Assembly (NCBI GenBank): GCA_963422205.2
Contig: CAXMWX010000001.1
Coordinates: forward strand, 224,001 to 288,000
Length of the DNA: 64,000 nt
Source: Gammaproteobacteria bacterium
GTDB taxonomy: Bacteria; Pseudomonadota; Gammaproteobacteria; Eutrophobiales; Eutrophobiaceae
Reading direction: 5' to 3'
This document shows positions 42,050 to 52,417 of this stretch, piece by piece. How positions within the stretch are numbered: position 1 is the stretch's first letter; each line of letters opens with the position of its first letter. A program made the translations under genes and the position numbers. The notes under the pieces are model-generated. The model searched no databases. It was given only the letters and a program-made list of their open reading frames with translations, and was not told where the DNA came from.

Positions 42050-43299
42050 CAGCCCATCACCCGATCAAATGCCGCGGCCACGGCCAGGCCGCTGTTGATA
42101 CCATCCTCATGAAAACCATAGCCCCAGTATGCACCGCAATACGAGATGCGCTTGCGGCGTATCAGTTGTTCGTGTTGGCTTTGTGCAGCATCCCTGCCAG
42201 GTGTGAACACCGGGTGATGGTAGCCGATCTTTTTTATGATCCTGTCGGTACGAATGGCATCGGCCTGATTCAGCGATACGCAGTAAGTGTGTGTCGACTC
42301 AATGCCTTGCAGCATGTTCATGTTATAACTTACCTGTGTGTTGCCCTGATGCCGGGTCGGGATACGGTAATTCCAACTGGCCCAGGCGGGTTTTTGCTTC
42401 GGCAGGATCGTGCTGTCGGTGTGCAGGATGGCCTCGTTATACTGGTAGTTGAAAGCCGATAACAGGTGTTTCTCGGCCTCATCAGGATCAGCGATCAGTC
42501 GCAGGCTTTGATCGGCATGGCAGGCCATGATGACCTCATCGAATTCTTCCTGCTTGCCGCTGATGAGTCTCACGGTCACGCGGTTGTCATGACGTATCAC
42601 TTGCTTTACAGGTGACTTGACAAAGATACGGCTGGCGAATGGCGGTATGAGTTTTTTGATGTACGTGTTGGCACCGCCTGCCACCGTCTTCCAGACCGGT
42701 CGGTTGTTGATCTGTAACATGCCGTGGTTGTTGAGAAATTCCAGCACAAAACGCATCGGGAAGTGTTTGAATGCTGCCGGCGGACACGACCACAGCGAGG
42801 CCCCCAGGGGCAGCAGGTAGTTATTCATGAAATACTCTGAATAACCGTGTTGCCGTGCATAGTCGGCCACTGTGATCGCCTCATCCAGGCCATTCGCCAG
42901 GTGCTTTGGTGCTCGCCTGTGCAAGGTGAGGATATCTTTTAGCATGCGCAGAAAAGCCGGTTTGAAGATATTGCGCTTCTGCGTGAACAGGGTGCGTAGT
43001 GAGCTGCCTTTATATTCCAGGCCGCTGGCTTCGCATTTCACACTGAAGCTCATGTCCGAATCACGGCTTGGTATTTGCAGGCGGTCAAACAGCCGGCACA
43101 GATTAGGATAGTTCTGCTGATTAAAGACAATAAAACCGGTATCCACCGGGATCGATTGTTGCCCTTCCTTCACCCGCACCGTGTTGGTATGACCACCGAT
43201 ATAATCATTGGCTTCAAACAGCGTGAGCTCGTTGCCCTCAGCCAGAAGCCAGGCGGCTGACAGACCGGAGATACCGGTTCCAACAATGGCAATCCGCAT
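42049..43299 (-). CDS. FAD-dependent oxidoreductase (amine-oxidase family, UfaD-like)
   Basis: IAIVGTGISG, GGHTNT, VDTGFIVFN..NYP, AWASWNY, GAYWGYGFHEDG. Confidence 0.9.
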   Translation of the reverse strand: MRIAIVGTGISGLSAAWLLAEGNELTLFEANDYIGGHTNTVRVKEGQQSIPVDTGFIVFNQQNYPNLCRLFDRLQIPSRDSDMSFSVKCEASGLEYKGSSLRTLFTQKRNIFKPAFLRMLKDILTLHRRAPKHLANGLDEAITVADYARQHGYSEYFMNNYLLPLGASLWSCPPAAFKHFPMRFVLEFLNNHGMLQINNRPVWKTVAGGANTYIKKLIPPFASRIFVKSPVKQVIRHDNRVTVRLISGKQEEFDEVIMACHADQSLRLIADPDEAEKHLLSAFNYQYNEAILHTDSTILPKQKPAWASWNYRIPTRHQGNTQVSYNMNMLQGIESTHTYCVSLNQADAIRTDRIIKKIGYHHPVFTPGRDAAQSQHEQLIRRKRISYCGAYWGYGFHEDGINSGLAVAAAFDRVMG

Positions 43300-43305
43300 C
43301 TGTGA

Positions 43306-44220
43306 TTACCGACTGCCTTCCTGCAATACCGGCTCAGGCACCGGCCGCAGATCAGAGATCAACCCCAGACCGGCCATCAACCTGATCCCCCAATAGCTGA
43401 TGTCTATCTCGCCCCGGTAGAATCCCTGCTGCACCGAAGCGGGGTAGCGATGGTGATTATTATGCCAGCCCTCGCCCAGCGTCAGCAGCGCCAGCAGCAG
43501 ATTGTTCCTGCTGTCATCACGGGTGTTAAAACGCCTGCTGCCAAAGCGATGTGCCAGGGAGTTGATCGTGTAGGTGGCGTGGTACAGCAGGACGGTGGAG
43601 ATAAAAAAGCCCCACACCAGCAGTTGCAGGCCACTGGTTTCAAGGGCGGGATGGTGGGCTTGCAGATAAGCACCCAGGCTATAGCAGGCGATGGCTAACA
43701 GCAGGAAAGGCAACCAGGCCAGCCGCTCCAACAACCGCAGTTCAGAATAGCGCTGCCAGTCTCCCACACGTTTTGCAACGATGGGAAAATTCACGCACCT
43801 GAGAAACCATAACACGTGGCTGTTGAGAAAACCATGACGGGGTGAATGCGGATCACTGGCTGAGTCTGATCTCAGATGATGGGTACGATGGTGTGAGGCC
43901 CACCACAGCGGGCCACGTTGACCGGCGGTGCATCCGAGCACCGCCATAATGAACTGCATCAGGCGGCCAGCGTGATAGGTCTTGTGTGAGAAATAGCGAT
44001 GATAAAACGCGGTGATAAAGAACATGCGAATGAAATACAATGCCAACATCAGCACGATGGCCGTGCCGCTGATGCCGGTGAACAAGGCCAGCAGACAGGC
44101 CAGATGCAGGGCAATGAAAAGGGTAAGACGGATCGGATCAAGCCGCTGGCTTGCCGCTTTGTCCAAATCTGCATAAAGCGTGGCATCATTGAATAACCAA
44201 CGTATAAGGCCGCTTATCAT
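43306..44220 (-). CDS. Acyl-CoA (delta-9-type) desaturase
   Basis: His boxes HRYFSH, HRTHH, GEGWHNNHH; alternative GTG start at 44322 overlaps the kinase stop. Confidence 0.92.
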   Translation of the reverse strand: MISGLIRWLFNDATLYADLDKAASQRLDPIRLTLFIALHLACLLALFTGISGTAIVLMLALYFIRMFFITAFYHRYFSHKTYHAGRLMQFIMAVLGCTAGQRGPLWWASHHRTHHLRSDSASDPHSPRHGFLNSHVLWFLRCVNFPIVAKRVGDWQRYSELRLLERLAWLPFLLLAIACYSLGAYLQAHHPALETSGLQLLVWGFFISTVLLYHATYTINSLAHRFGSRRFNTRDDSRNNLLLALLTLGEGWHNNHHRYPASVQQGFYRGEIDISYWGIRLMAGLGLISDLRPVPEPVLQEGSR

Positions 44221-44318
44221 CTTGCTTGCACGTTTGCCCGGTAAGTTCTCATTTATCTTTAAGTATTCCGGGCTGGCTGTGAATACAGGGTCGACCTGCT
44301 GTGAAGAAAATGTGAAGT

Positions 44319-45626
44319 TCACTGTTCAACTGAGTGGCTGAAATCTATCATGATGACCGTACCCTTGTGCAGCTCACTGTTGATGATGATCGGCCAGTTA
44401 AAAGTATCTGACAGCATTTTCACGATCGTCAGCCCCACACCGTGTCCGCCCCGCTGTTTGTTACCGGCCCGATTAAATGGCTGGAAGACATTTTGCATCT
44501 CCCCATCCGGGATGCCGATACCGGAGTCCGCAACAGTAAGCCTGGCTTTATCGATGTGGATACTGACCTTGCCCTCATCGGTATACGACCAGGCATTCCT
44601 GATAATATTGCCAATCAATACCGACACTACTTTCTCTGAGCCGTTGATTATAAGCTCGGCATCGGTGTTTATCTCCAGCTCAATTTTTTTATTCTGAAAC
44701 ACGATAGCGGCCTGTTCGCACTCCTCAGCGACAATCGCATTGATGCTGACCGGATCGCTGGATAGCGCACCCTCTGACTCTCTGGCCAGCAGCAGCAGCG
44801 CTTCAATCAGCTCTTCCATGTCCGTGGCGGAGCGTTTGATACGCTTTGCCGAGGCAGTGGCCGACTCATCCAGCCGGGTTTCACTCAGCAACATATCTGC
44901 CGCTATCTTGATGACAGTGATGGGTGTGCGTAATTCGTGGCTGGCATCTCGGGTAAAATTCCTCTCCCGCAGGATAAAGGCATCAATACGCCCGGATAAC
45001 TTGAGCAGGGCATCAGCCAGAATACGCAATTCCTGATCAGGTTCTCTGGGCAGGGAGTGTTTGATGACCGCCGAGACATCTTCCCTGGAGGGATCCACCT
45101 GTTCAATTTCCGCCGCAAGCTGCAAGATGGGGGAGATGGCCCGGCTGGAGAAGCGATAGGCGATCCAACTGGACAGGTACAAGACGATCAACACACCCGC
45201 CAGCGGGAACAGACCGAAGAAGATGGCCAACTCGCCGACATTCTTGCCATCGAACACCAGATACAGGGTGCGCCCGTATTGCTCTGTGATGTAGATGATA
45301 TAAAAGCCGGAGTCCGCCTGCGGCAGACGGTGAAAGCCCGGCGCCAGGGGGATAATCTCAGCCGGTATGTCGGTATCCATACCGCTGACATAGCCGCGCA
45401 GGTTGTATGTTTGCGGCCTTGAGAAAGCCGGCTCATCTTGATACAGACGCCAGTAAAACTTCGCCTCATCGCGCAACGCCTGCTTGATCAGTACATCGCC
45501 TAAAATAAAACGGGCAGCAAACACGCCGAGGATGGCGGCGATGCTGATCAGCCCTGCCTGTAGCAGGAACACGCGCCAGAGTCGTTGATCCAGCCCGCGC
45601 CTCTCTCTCATCCGTACCCGGCTCAT
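44319..45626 (-). CDS. Sensor histidine kinase (ColS-like)
   Basis: Two TM helices, ER.FTRDASHELRTP H-box, N.IRNA, DSGIG, G.GVGL. Confidence 0.9.
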   Translation of the reverse strand: MSRVRMRERRGLDQRLWRVFLLQAGLISIAAILGVFAARFILGDVLIKQALRDEAKFYWRLYQDEPAFSRPQTYNLRGYVSGMDTDIPAEIIPLAPGFHRLPQADSGFYIIYITEQYGRTLYLVFDGKNVGELAIFFGLFPLAGVLIVLYLSSWIAYRFSSRAISPILQLAAEIEQVDPSREDVSAVIKHSLPREPDQELRILADALLKLSGRIDAFILRERNFTRDASHELRTPITVIKIAADMLLSETRLDESATASAKRIKRSATDMEELIEALLLLARESEGALSSDPVSINAIVAEECEQAAIVFQNKKIELEINTDAELIINGSEKVVSVLIGNIIRNAWSYTDEGKVSIHIDKARLTVADSGIGIPDGEMQNVFQPFNRAGNKQRGGHGVGLTIVKMLSDTFNWPIIINSELHKGTVIMIDFSHSVEQ

Positions 45627-45635
45627 CTGGTTATG

Positions 45636-46355
45636 TCAGCCTGCTTTTGTCAGTTTATAACCGGTGTTTTGCACCGTGTGCAGTAACTGCACGGTGAATG
45701 GCCGGTCAATGGTTTTACGCAGATTATACATGTGGCTTCGCAGGGTATCGCTGTCGGGGAGAATGTCGCCCCACACCTGGCGTTCAATGTCGCGACGGTT
45801 GACCACGCGCGGTGCAGCGCGCATCAGGATCCTTAGGATCTGCATGCCTGTGGGGGTGAGTTTTATGGTTTGCCCGGCGCGGCTGACGGTCATGGTACCG
45901 GTGTCAAACACCAGATCATGCACGGTCAATATCTCCGGGCTGACCAGGCCACGATGACGGCGGATCAGGGCACGGATGCGGGCTTCCAGCTCTTTGATGT
46001 CAAATGGTTTGACCAGGTAGTCGTCCGCTCCCGCATCCAGTCCGGCGATCTTCTCTTGCAGGGTATCACGGGCTGTGAGGATGAGCAGCGGGGTGGCCTT
46101 CAGGGCATCGTTCCTGAGTTTGTTGAGTAACTCAATCCCGTCAATGCCCGGCAACATCAAGTCCAGCACAAGCATATCGTATTCGTGGGTTACGGCCAGA
46201 TGCAGGCCGGTGATACCATCGGCGGCGTAATCCACTATAAAGCCGCGACGTTCCAGATACTCACAGATCATATCGGCAATATCACGGTGATCTTCAATCA
46301 GCAGGATGGCACCTGAATTTTCCACTACCCCACCTCGGCTCATCTTATGGCCCAT
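45636..46355 (-). CDS. OmpR-family response regulator (ColR-like)
   Basis: LLIED, LDLMLPGIDG, GADDYLVKPF, PDSDTLRSH.YNLRK.ID.PF...LLHTV. Confidence 0.92.
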   Translation of the reverse strand: MGHKMSRGGVVENSGAILLIEDHRDIADMICEYLERRGFIVDYAADGITGLHLAVTHEYDMLVLDLMLPGIDGIELLNKLRNDALKATPLLILTARDTLQEKIAGLDAGADDYLVKPFDIKELEARIRALIRRHRGLVSPEILTVHDLVFDTGTMTVSRAGQTIKLTPTGMQILRILMRAAPRVVNRRDIERQVWGDILPDSDTLRSHMYNLRKTIDRPFTVQLLHTVQNTGYKLTKAG

Positions 46356-46396
46356 TGGCTAGTGCTGTACCAGCGGTGAATGGGCTGATCCAACGG

Positions 46397-46455
46397 CTGT
46401 CATTCCCGCACAGGCGGGGAGACAGCGCATTGATATGCCTGGATCAAACGCCTGT
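46397..46455. repeat. Degenerate palindromic REP-like element
   Basis: CTGTCATTCCCGCACAGGCGGGGAGACAG hairpin, then TGGATC..CGCCTG. Confidence 0.5.
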
Positions 46456-46484
46456 TGATGTGATTTTCATGTGAAGTTATGCGT

Positions 46485-47837
46485 TTACGATGCGGGTGTT
46501 CGCATACTGACGAATTCTTCTGCCGCCGTGGGGTGGATGCCGATGGTGGCATCAAAGGTGGCCTTGCTCGCCCCGGCCTTGATGGCAATGGCCAGGCCTT
46601 GGATGATCTCGCCCGCATCGTCCCCCACCATGTGTGCGCCGATGACGTTATCCGTCGCTTTGTCGATAATGAGCTTTAAGAATGCCTGCTCTTGGCTGCC
46701 GGAAAGCGTGTGTTTGAGCGGCCGGAAACGGGAATGAAATACCGCTATCTCATCATATTCTGCCAGCGCCTGTTGCTCGGTCAGCCCGACTGTGCCGATG
46801 GCCGGCTGGCTGAACACACAGGTGGGTATATCACGATAATCCACGGTACTGCTCTCCTGATTAAACAGCTTATTTGCCAGGGCCGTGCCTTCGGCGATGG
46901 CAACCGGCGTAAGATTGATCCGACTCGTCACATCGCCGAGTGCATATATAGAGGGTATATTGGTTTGATAATCGGCATTGACGATGATCGCCCCTTGCTC
47001 ATCGGCAGCAACTCCGGCGGCTTGCAGACCGATATCTGCCGTATTCGGATGACGGCCAGTGGCATATAAAAACAGATCACTCTTGTGCTGGCTGCCGTCA
47101 GCCAGGCGGGCAATCAGCTGATGCTGGTCTTTTTCAATCGCCGTGATGGTGGTATTAAAACGCAACGTTACCCCTTGTTTTGTCATTTCCTGCTGTAGAA
47201 ACTGACGCACCTCGGTATCAAAACCGCGCAGAAAAAGATCACCACGATAGATCAGCGTGGTATCCACACCCAGGCCGTTAAAGATCCCGGCAAACTCAAC
47301 GGCGATGTAACCGCCGCCGACGATCGTGATCTGATCTGGCAGGGCATCGAGAAAGAAGACCTCATTGGAGGTGATGATGTGTTCCCTGCCAGCAATCGCC
47401 GGCACCGTCGGCCAGCCGCCCGTGGCGATCAGGATGCGCTCAGCGGTGATGTGTTGCCCGGCAATAGCCACCGTATGGGCATCGGCCAGGGTGGCACGTT
47501 GTTCATACAAGGTCACACCGCTGTCGGTCAGCAGTTTGCGATACACCGCATTCAGCCGTTTGATTTCGGCGTTTTTATTTGCTATGAGCGTCTGCCAGTT
47601 AAACGTGGCTGGCGACACCTGCCAGCCAAAACCCGCAGCGGCACGGAATGCTTCGGAGAAATGAGAAGCATAGACCAGCAGTTTTTTTGGCACACAGCCA
47701 ACGTTGACACAGGTGCCTCCCAGGTAGCGCTGTTCTGCGATGGCTATGCGTGCGCCCAGCCCCGCCGCCGTGCGCGCAGCACGGACCCCACCGGAACCGG
47801 CACCGATGACAAACATATCAACGTCGTAGCGACTCAT
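46485..47837 (-). CDS. gor: Glutathione-disulfide reductase
   Basis: [44 protein letters not shown]. Confidence 0.95.
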   Translation of the reverse strand: MSRYDVDMFVIGAGSGGVRAARTAAGLGARIAIAEQRYLGGTCVNVGCVPKKLLVYASHFSEAFRAAAGFGWQVSPATFNWQTLIANKNAEIKRLNAVYRKLLTDSGVTLYEQRATLADAHTVAIAGQHITAERILIATGGWPTVPAIAGREHIITSNEVFFLDALPDQITIVGGGYIAVEFAGIFNGLGVDTTLIYRGDLFLRGFDTEVRQFLQQEMTKQGVTLRFNTTITAIEKDQHQLIARLADGSQHKSDLFLYATGRHPNTADIGLQAAGVAADEQGAIIVNADYQTNIPSIYALGDVTSRINLTPVAIAEGTALANKLFNQESSTVDYRDIPTCVFSQPAIGTVGLTEQQALAEYDEIAVFHSRFRPLKHTLSGSQEQAFLKLIIDKATDNVIGAHMVGDDAGEIIQGLAIAIKAGASKATFDATIGIHPTAAEEFVSMRTPAS

Positions 47838-47913
47838 TATTGGATTGTACGGCCAATCAGGCGCATGGTCTAACCGCCGGGGGTTTTTTAGTCTATTAAG
47901 CGACTGCCACCTG

Positions 47914-49368
47914 TCAGCCCCGCATCCAGGTATGGAATTTTTGCGCCATCGCCAGTGCCCACGCCGGGGCATGGGCGCTCTTCCAGGCACCGGCGGCGTA
48001 TTTATTCGCCTCAGCCAGGGTGGGGTAGATATGAATAGTGCTAAGGATCTTGTTCAAGCCATAGCCGTGCTTCATGGCGCTGATAAATTCGGTTAGCAGA
48101 TCGCCTGCATGTTCGCCCACGATGGTGGCGCCCAGGATGTTGTCTTTGCCCGGCACGGTCAAGACCTTCACCAGGCCGCAGGCCGCCTCATCGGCGATCG
48201 CACGATCCAGATCATCCAGGCCATAGCGGGTCACTTCACAGGCGATGCCTTTTTCTCTGGCGTCGGTTTCATTCAGGCCGACACGGGCGATTTCCGGATC
48301 GGTAAACGTTGCCCAGGGAATGACTGAATAATCCACCTTGAATTTTTTAACGCATCCGAACAAGGCATTGACCGCGGCATACCAGGCTTGATGGGCGGCG
48401 GTATGGGTAAACTGAAACGGCCCGGCAACATCCCCACAGACAAATATATTCGGGTGGTTGGTTTGCAGAAATTCATTATGTTCAATCGTGCCGTTTTTGT
48501 TCAACTGGATCGCCAGCCCTTCCAGGCCAAGATCGCAGGTATGCGCCTGCCTGCCAACGGCAATAATGACCTCATCAAATGCGATTGCAGTCTCTTCACC
48601 TGCCCTCTCGCAGATGAGGAATTTGCTGCCCTCTTTTTTAATAAAAGACCTGGCACGGTGACCTGTACGCACATCAATCCCCTCGGCGATAAATTTTTCT
48701 GTCAGCAGGGCTGAAACGTCCTCATCTTCACGGCTCATGATACGGGGCAGCATCTCCACCTGGGTGACTTTGCTGCCATAGCGGGCAAAGGCCTGGGCTA
48801 ACTCCGAGCCGATCGGGCCGCCACCGAGGATGAGCAGTCTTTCCGGTAACGCACGCAGCGTCCACAGATTGTCAGAGGTCAGATAGCGAATGTTCTCAAT
48901 GCCATCTATGGGGGGAATGAACGGGCCTGCACCGCTGGCAATGATGATGTTACGGGTGCTGATGGTCCTGCCGTTGACCGCCACCGTCCAGGGCGAGGTG
49001 ATCTTTGCCTCGCCGGTAATGCAGTCAACGCCCAAGGCGGTATAGCGTGCCGCCGAATCGTGGGGTTCAATGGTCTTGATGATGCGCTGTATGCGTGCCA
49101 TCACCTCGGCAAAATCAAATGTGACCTCGATCTTTTTGAATCCGTAGGCTTTGGCTTTTTTTGCCTGTGCCAGTAATTTTGCCGAGCGGATGAATGCCTT
49201 GGACGGGACACAACCGGTATACAGGCAATCGCCTCCCATCTGTTGTTTTTCGATCAGTGTGACTTTCGCCTTGACCGCAGCAGCAATATAGGCGGCCACC
49301 AGCCCGCCGGCACCCGCCCCGATGACAATGATGTTATTATCAAATTTCCTAGGTTTGGGCATCGCCAT
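47914..49368 (-). CDS. Pyridine nucleotide-disulfide oxidoreductase (MerA/LpdA-like)
   Basis: [28 protein letters not shown]; no C-terminal CC pair. Confidence 0.9.
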   Translation of the reverse strand: MAMPKPRKFDNNIIVIGAGAGGLVAAYIAAAVKAKVTLIEKQQMGGDCLYTGCVPSKAFIRSAKLLAQAKKAKAYGFKKIEVTFDFAEVMARIQRIIKTIEPHDSAARYTALGVDCITGEAKITSPWTVAVNGRTISTRNIIIASGAGPFIPPIDGIENIRYLTSDNLWTLRALPERLLILGGGPIGSELAQAFARYGSKVTQVEMLPRIMSREDEDVSALLTEKFIAEGIDVRTGHRARSFIKKEGSKFLICERAGEETAIAFDEVIIAVGRQAHTCDLGLEGLAIQLNKNGTIEHNEFLQTNHPNIFVCGDVAGPFQFTHTAAHQAWYAAVNALFGCVKKFKVDYSVIPWATFTDPEIARVGLNETDAREKGIACEVTRYGLDDLDRAIADEAACGLVKVLTVPGKDNILGATIVGEHAGDLLTEFISAMKHGYGLNKILSTIHIYPTLAEANKYAAGAWKSAHAPAWALAMAQKFHTWMRG

Positions 49369-50056
49369 GATGTTTTGCTCGAAGATGTTTTCTCAAAGCA
49401 CCGGCCAGCCTGTTGGCAAGCAGCGGGAACAGGCCAAGCAACACAAAGGCAACCAGCAATTCAAATGACAGTATATCGGCCGTGCTGTTGATTTTTGCCA
49501 GTTGCGTACCGGCATTCACATACACGATCGTGCCTGCCAGCATACCGATTTGACTGATCAGGAAATAAACCGGCAGGCGCATTGTTGTTAAGCCCATCAG
49601 CAGGTTGATGATAAAAAATGGAAATAAAGGCACCAGTCTTAACGTGAACAAATACCAGGCCCCCTCTTCTTCTATGCCTTTATTGATGACGATGAGCTTC
49701 TCGGCAAAGCGCCTCTGCACAGTCTCTCTGAACAGGTAACGGGCGATAAGAAAGGCGAGCATGGCGCCGATTGTCGAGGCAAAAGAGACGATGATGGTGC
49801 CCCACAAGAGACCGAATACCGCCCCGCCCGCCAGTGTCAATATGGCGGCACCGGGCAGGGACAGGCCGGTTATCAGCACATACAGGATAAAATACAGCAG
49901 CAGGGTCAGCAGCGTGTTGGCCCGGTAAAATTCAGCAATGAGATGTTGCTGTTGTTTTAGATAATCCAGCTGGAGGTATTGCCCAAGATCAAGCAGGAGA
50001 AAACCGGCCATGAATAGCACGAGCAGCAGGATGATGATGCGTTGTGATTTTTTCAT
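49349..50056 (-). CDS. TVP38/TMEM64 (DedA/VTT) membrane protein
   Basis: LSLPGA, GG.VFG, RLVPLFPFF..N, SQIGML.GT.VYVNAG. Confidence 0.9.
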   Translation of the reverse strand: MKKSQRIIILLLVLFMAGFLLLDLGQYLQLDYLKQQQHLIAEFYRANTLLTLLLYFILYVLITGLSLPGAAILTLAGGAVFGLLWGTIIVSFASTIGAMLAFLIARYLFRETVQRRFAEKLIVINKGIEEEGAWYLFTLRLVPLFPFFIINLLMGLTTMRLPVYFLISQIGMLAGTIVYVNAGTQLAKINSTADILSFELLVAFVLLGLFPLLANRLAGALRKHLRAKHHGDAQT

Positions 50057-50063
50057 GATGGTG

Positions 50064-51356
50064 TCAAGAGGAAGCGGCTGGCTGTTGCCGCCTGCCATCG
50101 GGCAGTTCCACCACCTTAATCATCTTGATCGCATTATCAGTCACCTGCATGATCTCCATCGCCAGATTATCAATTTTTATGCTGGTGCCGGCATCTGGCA
50201 TGGCCTCCAGATGTTCCAGTATCAGGCCATTTAGCGTCTTTGGCCCATCTTCACGCAGGCCCCAGTGCAATTCACGGTTAATATCACGTATCGTGGCCGA
50301 GCCATCGATGATCACAGCGCCGTCCTCCTGCCTGTGTATATCCAGGTTATAGGTCTGCATGTCGGTGGTAAATTCACCGACGATCTCTTCCAGGATATCT
50401 TCCAGTGTCACCAGCCCTTGAATCACGCCGTACTCATCAACCACCAATCCTAAGCGCTGTTTATGCTTTTGGAAATTGGCTAACTGGGTATGTAATGGTG
50501 TACCCATGGGGACAAAATACGGTGCTGCCGTGATTGCCTTTAGCTGCTCGTGCGTCAGGTTGTCCTGATCTTTGAGGATGCGTGGAATACGGCGCACATG
50601 CACCATGCCGATCATCTCATCCAGGCTTTCTGCATAGACCGGCAGGCGCGTGTGTGATGTCTGTGACAATGAGTTGATGATTTCGATCATGTCTTGATTG
50701 ATATTGATGCCTGCGATCTCATTCCTTGGCACCATGATGTCATCCACCGTCACTTTTTCCAGATCAAGAATACTCAGCAGCATCTGCCTGTGTCGGTGCG
50801 GGATGAGGCCGCCCGCCTCATTGACCATCGTCCTTAACTCATCGCGCGACAGGCGTGTGTCATCGACATGTGCTGTCTTAACCCCCGCCATACCCAGCAG
50901 CGCATTGGCAAGCCGGTTGATGATCCAGACGGCCGGGTAGAGCATTGACGACAGCGGTGTTAATACACAGGCGGCGGGGAAGGCAATGCGCTCAGGATAC
51001 AGGGCGGCCACCGTCTTTGGCGCCACCTCGGCAAAGATTAAGAAGATGAATGTCAGCACGATAGGGGCGATCGCATAACCGACATCGCCCATCAGCCTGA
51101 CCGCCATCGCCGCACCGAGTGAGGCCGCAAGAAAATTCACCACGTTATTACCAAACAGGATCAGGCCGATCAGCTTATCCGGTTGTTGCAGCAGGCGTGA
51201 GGCCAGCATGGCCGCATGGTGATTGTCATTGGCCAGGTGTTTCAGCCGGTAACGATTTAACGCCATCATGCTGGTCTCGGCGCTGGAGAAAAATGCAGAC
51301 AGGAAGATGAGCAGAACTAACATACTGCCCAGGGCAGCAAGCGGGATCGCATCCAA
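50064..51356 (-). CDS. HlyC/CorC (CNNM-CBS) family transporter, CorB/YfjD-like
   Basis: SAFFSSAET, GNN.VN, FAEVAPK, IMVPR, VVDEYG..QGLVTLEDILEEIVGEF; TTG start. Confidence 0.92.
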   Translation of the reverse strand: MDAIPLAALGSMLVLLIFLSAFFSSAETSMMALNRYRLKHLANDNHHAAMLASRLLQQPDKLIGLILFGNNVVNFLAASLGAAMAVRLMGDVGYAIAPIVLTFIFLIFAEVAPKTVAALYPERIAFPAACVLTPLSSMLYPAVWIINRLANALLGMAGVKTAHVDDTRLSRDELRTMVNEAGGLIPHRHRQMLLSILDLEKVTVDDIMVPRNEIAGININQDMIEIINSLSQTSHTRLPVYAESLDEMIGMVHVRRIPRILKDQDNLTHEQLKAITAAPYFVPMGTPLHTQLANFQKHKQRLGLVVDEYGVIQGLVTLEDILEEIVGEFTTDMQTYNLDIHRQEDGAVIIDGSATIRDINRELHWGLREDGPKTLNGLILEHLEAMPDAGTSIKIDNLAMEIMQVTDNAIKMIKVVELPDGRRQQPAASS

Positions 51357-51439
51357 GATAGGTTTACCTGACTAAAATGAAGACGTATTTTCCAGCTAAA
51401 ACCGCCTTGCTTTCAAGCCTTATCTGATGCTGGTCAGGT

Positions 51440-52252
51440 TCACACCCGATCCAGCAACAGATCCAGCACCGCCTTGGTGCCAAAGTAGGCCAGCACCAGA
51501 GAAGTAAAGCCGCCCAGGATCCAGTGCAACAGCTTCCGGCCGCGCCAGCCCCGCGCCCATCGCCCCCACAGCACAATGCCGAACGTACACCAGGCGAGCA
51601 GTGAGAAAAACACCTTGTGTGCCAGGTGCTGGGCAACGATGTTGTGTACGAACACCAGCCCGGTCACCAGGCTTAGGCTGAGTAGAAAAAAGCCGATAGC
51701 CAGGCTGTGTATCAGGAACGCTTCCATGTACTGCATGGGCGGCAGGATGTTCAGTACCTGGTTGGGTTTTTTGTTATGCAGGCTGCGTTGCTGATAGTGC
51801 AGCACCAGGGCCTGCATGGCGGTAATCGTCAACACACTGTAGGCGGTCACGGATAAGAGAATGTGTAATTGTGTGCCAACAGTATCGGCGGCAACAACCA
51901 ACGCCGTATTGGGGAAGGCGTGTTGCAGGATGATGGACACACTGGCAACAGGCAGGAAGATGACGCCCAGGCCCGCCACCGACCGGAACAGGCCAATCAC
52001 AAACACCATGCAAACGACCACCCAGCTCATCAGCGAGAAGGCATGATAGAAACCCAGATAGTAGCCAGCCGGTGCGGGGATGCTTTGCCATAACACATAG
52101 CCGTGCAGCAGCAGGCCGGACAGGAACAGGAGCGATGCCAGCGAGGAAGAAGCCGCCGCCTGATGGGGCTTGAACAGGCGCACTGCCAGCCAGGCTGAGG
52201 TGATGAGATACAGCAGCGGGGCCAGCAGGATGACAGCAGCAGATAGAGCCAT
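51440..52252 (-). CDS. Cytochrome c assembly (CcsA/YpjD-like) membrane protein
   Basis: HI.LS..AYS, LPPM..ME, HK..FS, GWRGR, LAYFG; divergent from ffh as usual. Confidence 0.88.
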   Translation of the reverse strand: MALSAAVILLAPLLYLITSAWLAVRLFKPHQAAASSSLASLLFLSGLLLHGYVLWQSIPAPAGYYLGFYHAFSLMSWVVVCMVFVIGLFRSVAGLGVIFLPVASVSIILQHAFPNTALVVAADTVGTQLHILLSVTAYSVLTITAMQALVLHYQQRSLHNKKPNQVLNILPPMQYMEAFLIHSLAIGFFLLSLSLVTGLVFVHNIVAQHLAHKVFFSLLAWCTFGIVLWGRWARGWRGRKLLHWILGGFTSLVLAYFGTKAVLDLLLDRV

Positions 52253-52417
52253 GTGACTTAACTGATAGTGCATATTTGCCAGGCATAGTGGCATATTTGT
52301 CAAGTATCTGGAAGATGAGCCGTACCCGCCATTCTTGCCCGTTCTGATCCTTGTCCTGAATCCTGCCCCGAATCTTGTTAAGATCAGCCCTTATGCAATA
52401 ACATTGACGGATTGCCC

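Noticed and set aside
47914-49368. Mercuric reductase merA
   Set aside because: No C-terminal Cys-Cys pair, no NmerA domain and no mer genes nearby
52330-52385. Weak ~12-bp repeats (GAATCCTG/GAATCTTG) before ffh
   Set aside because: Too degenerate to distinguish from chance
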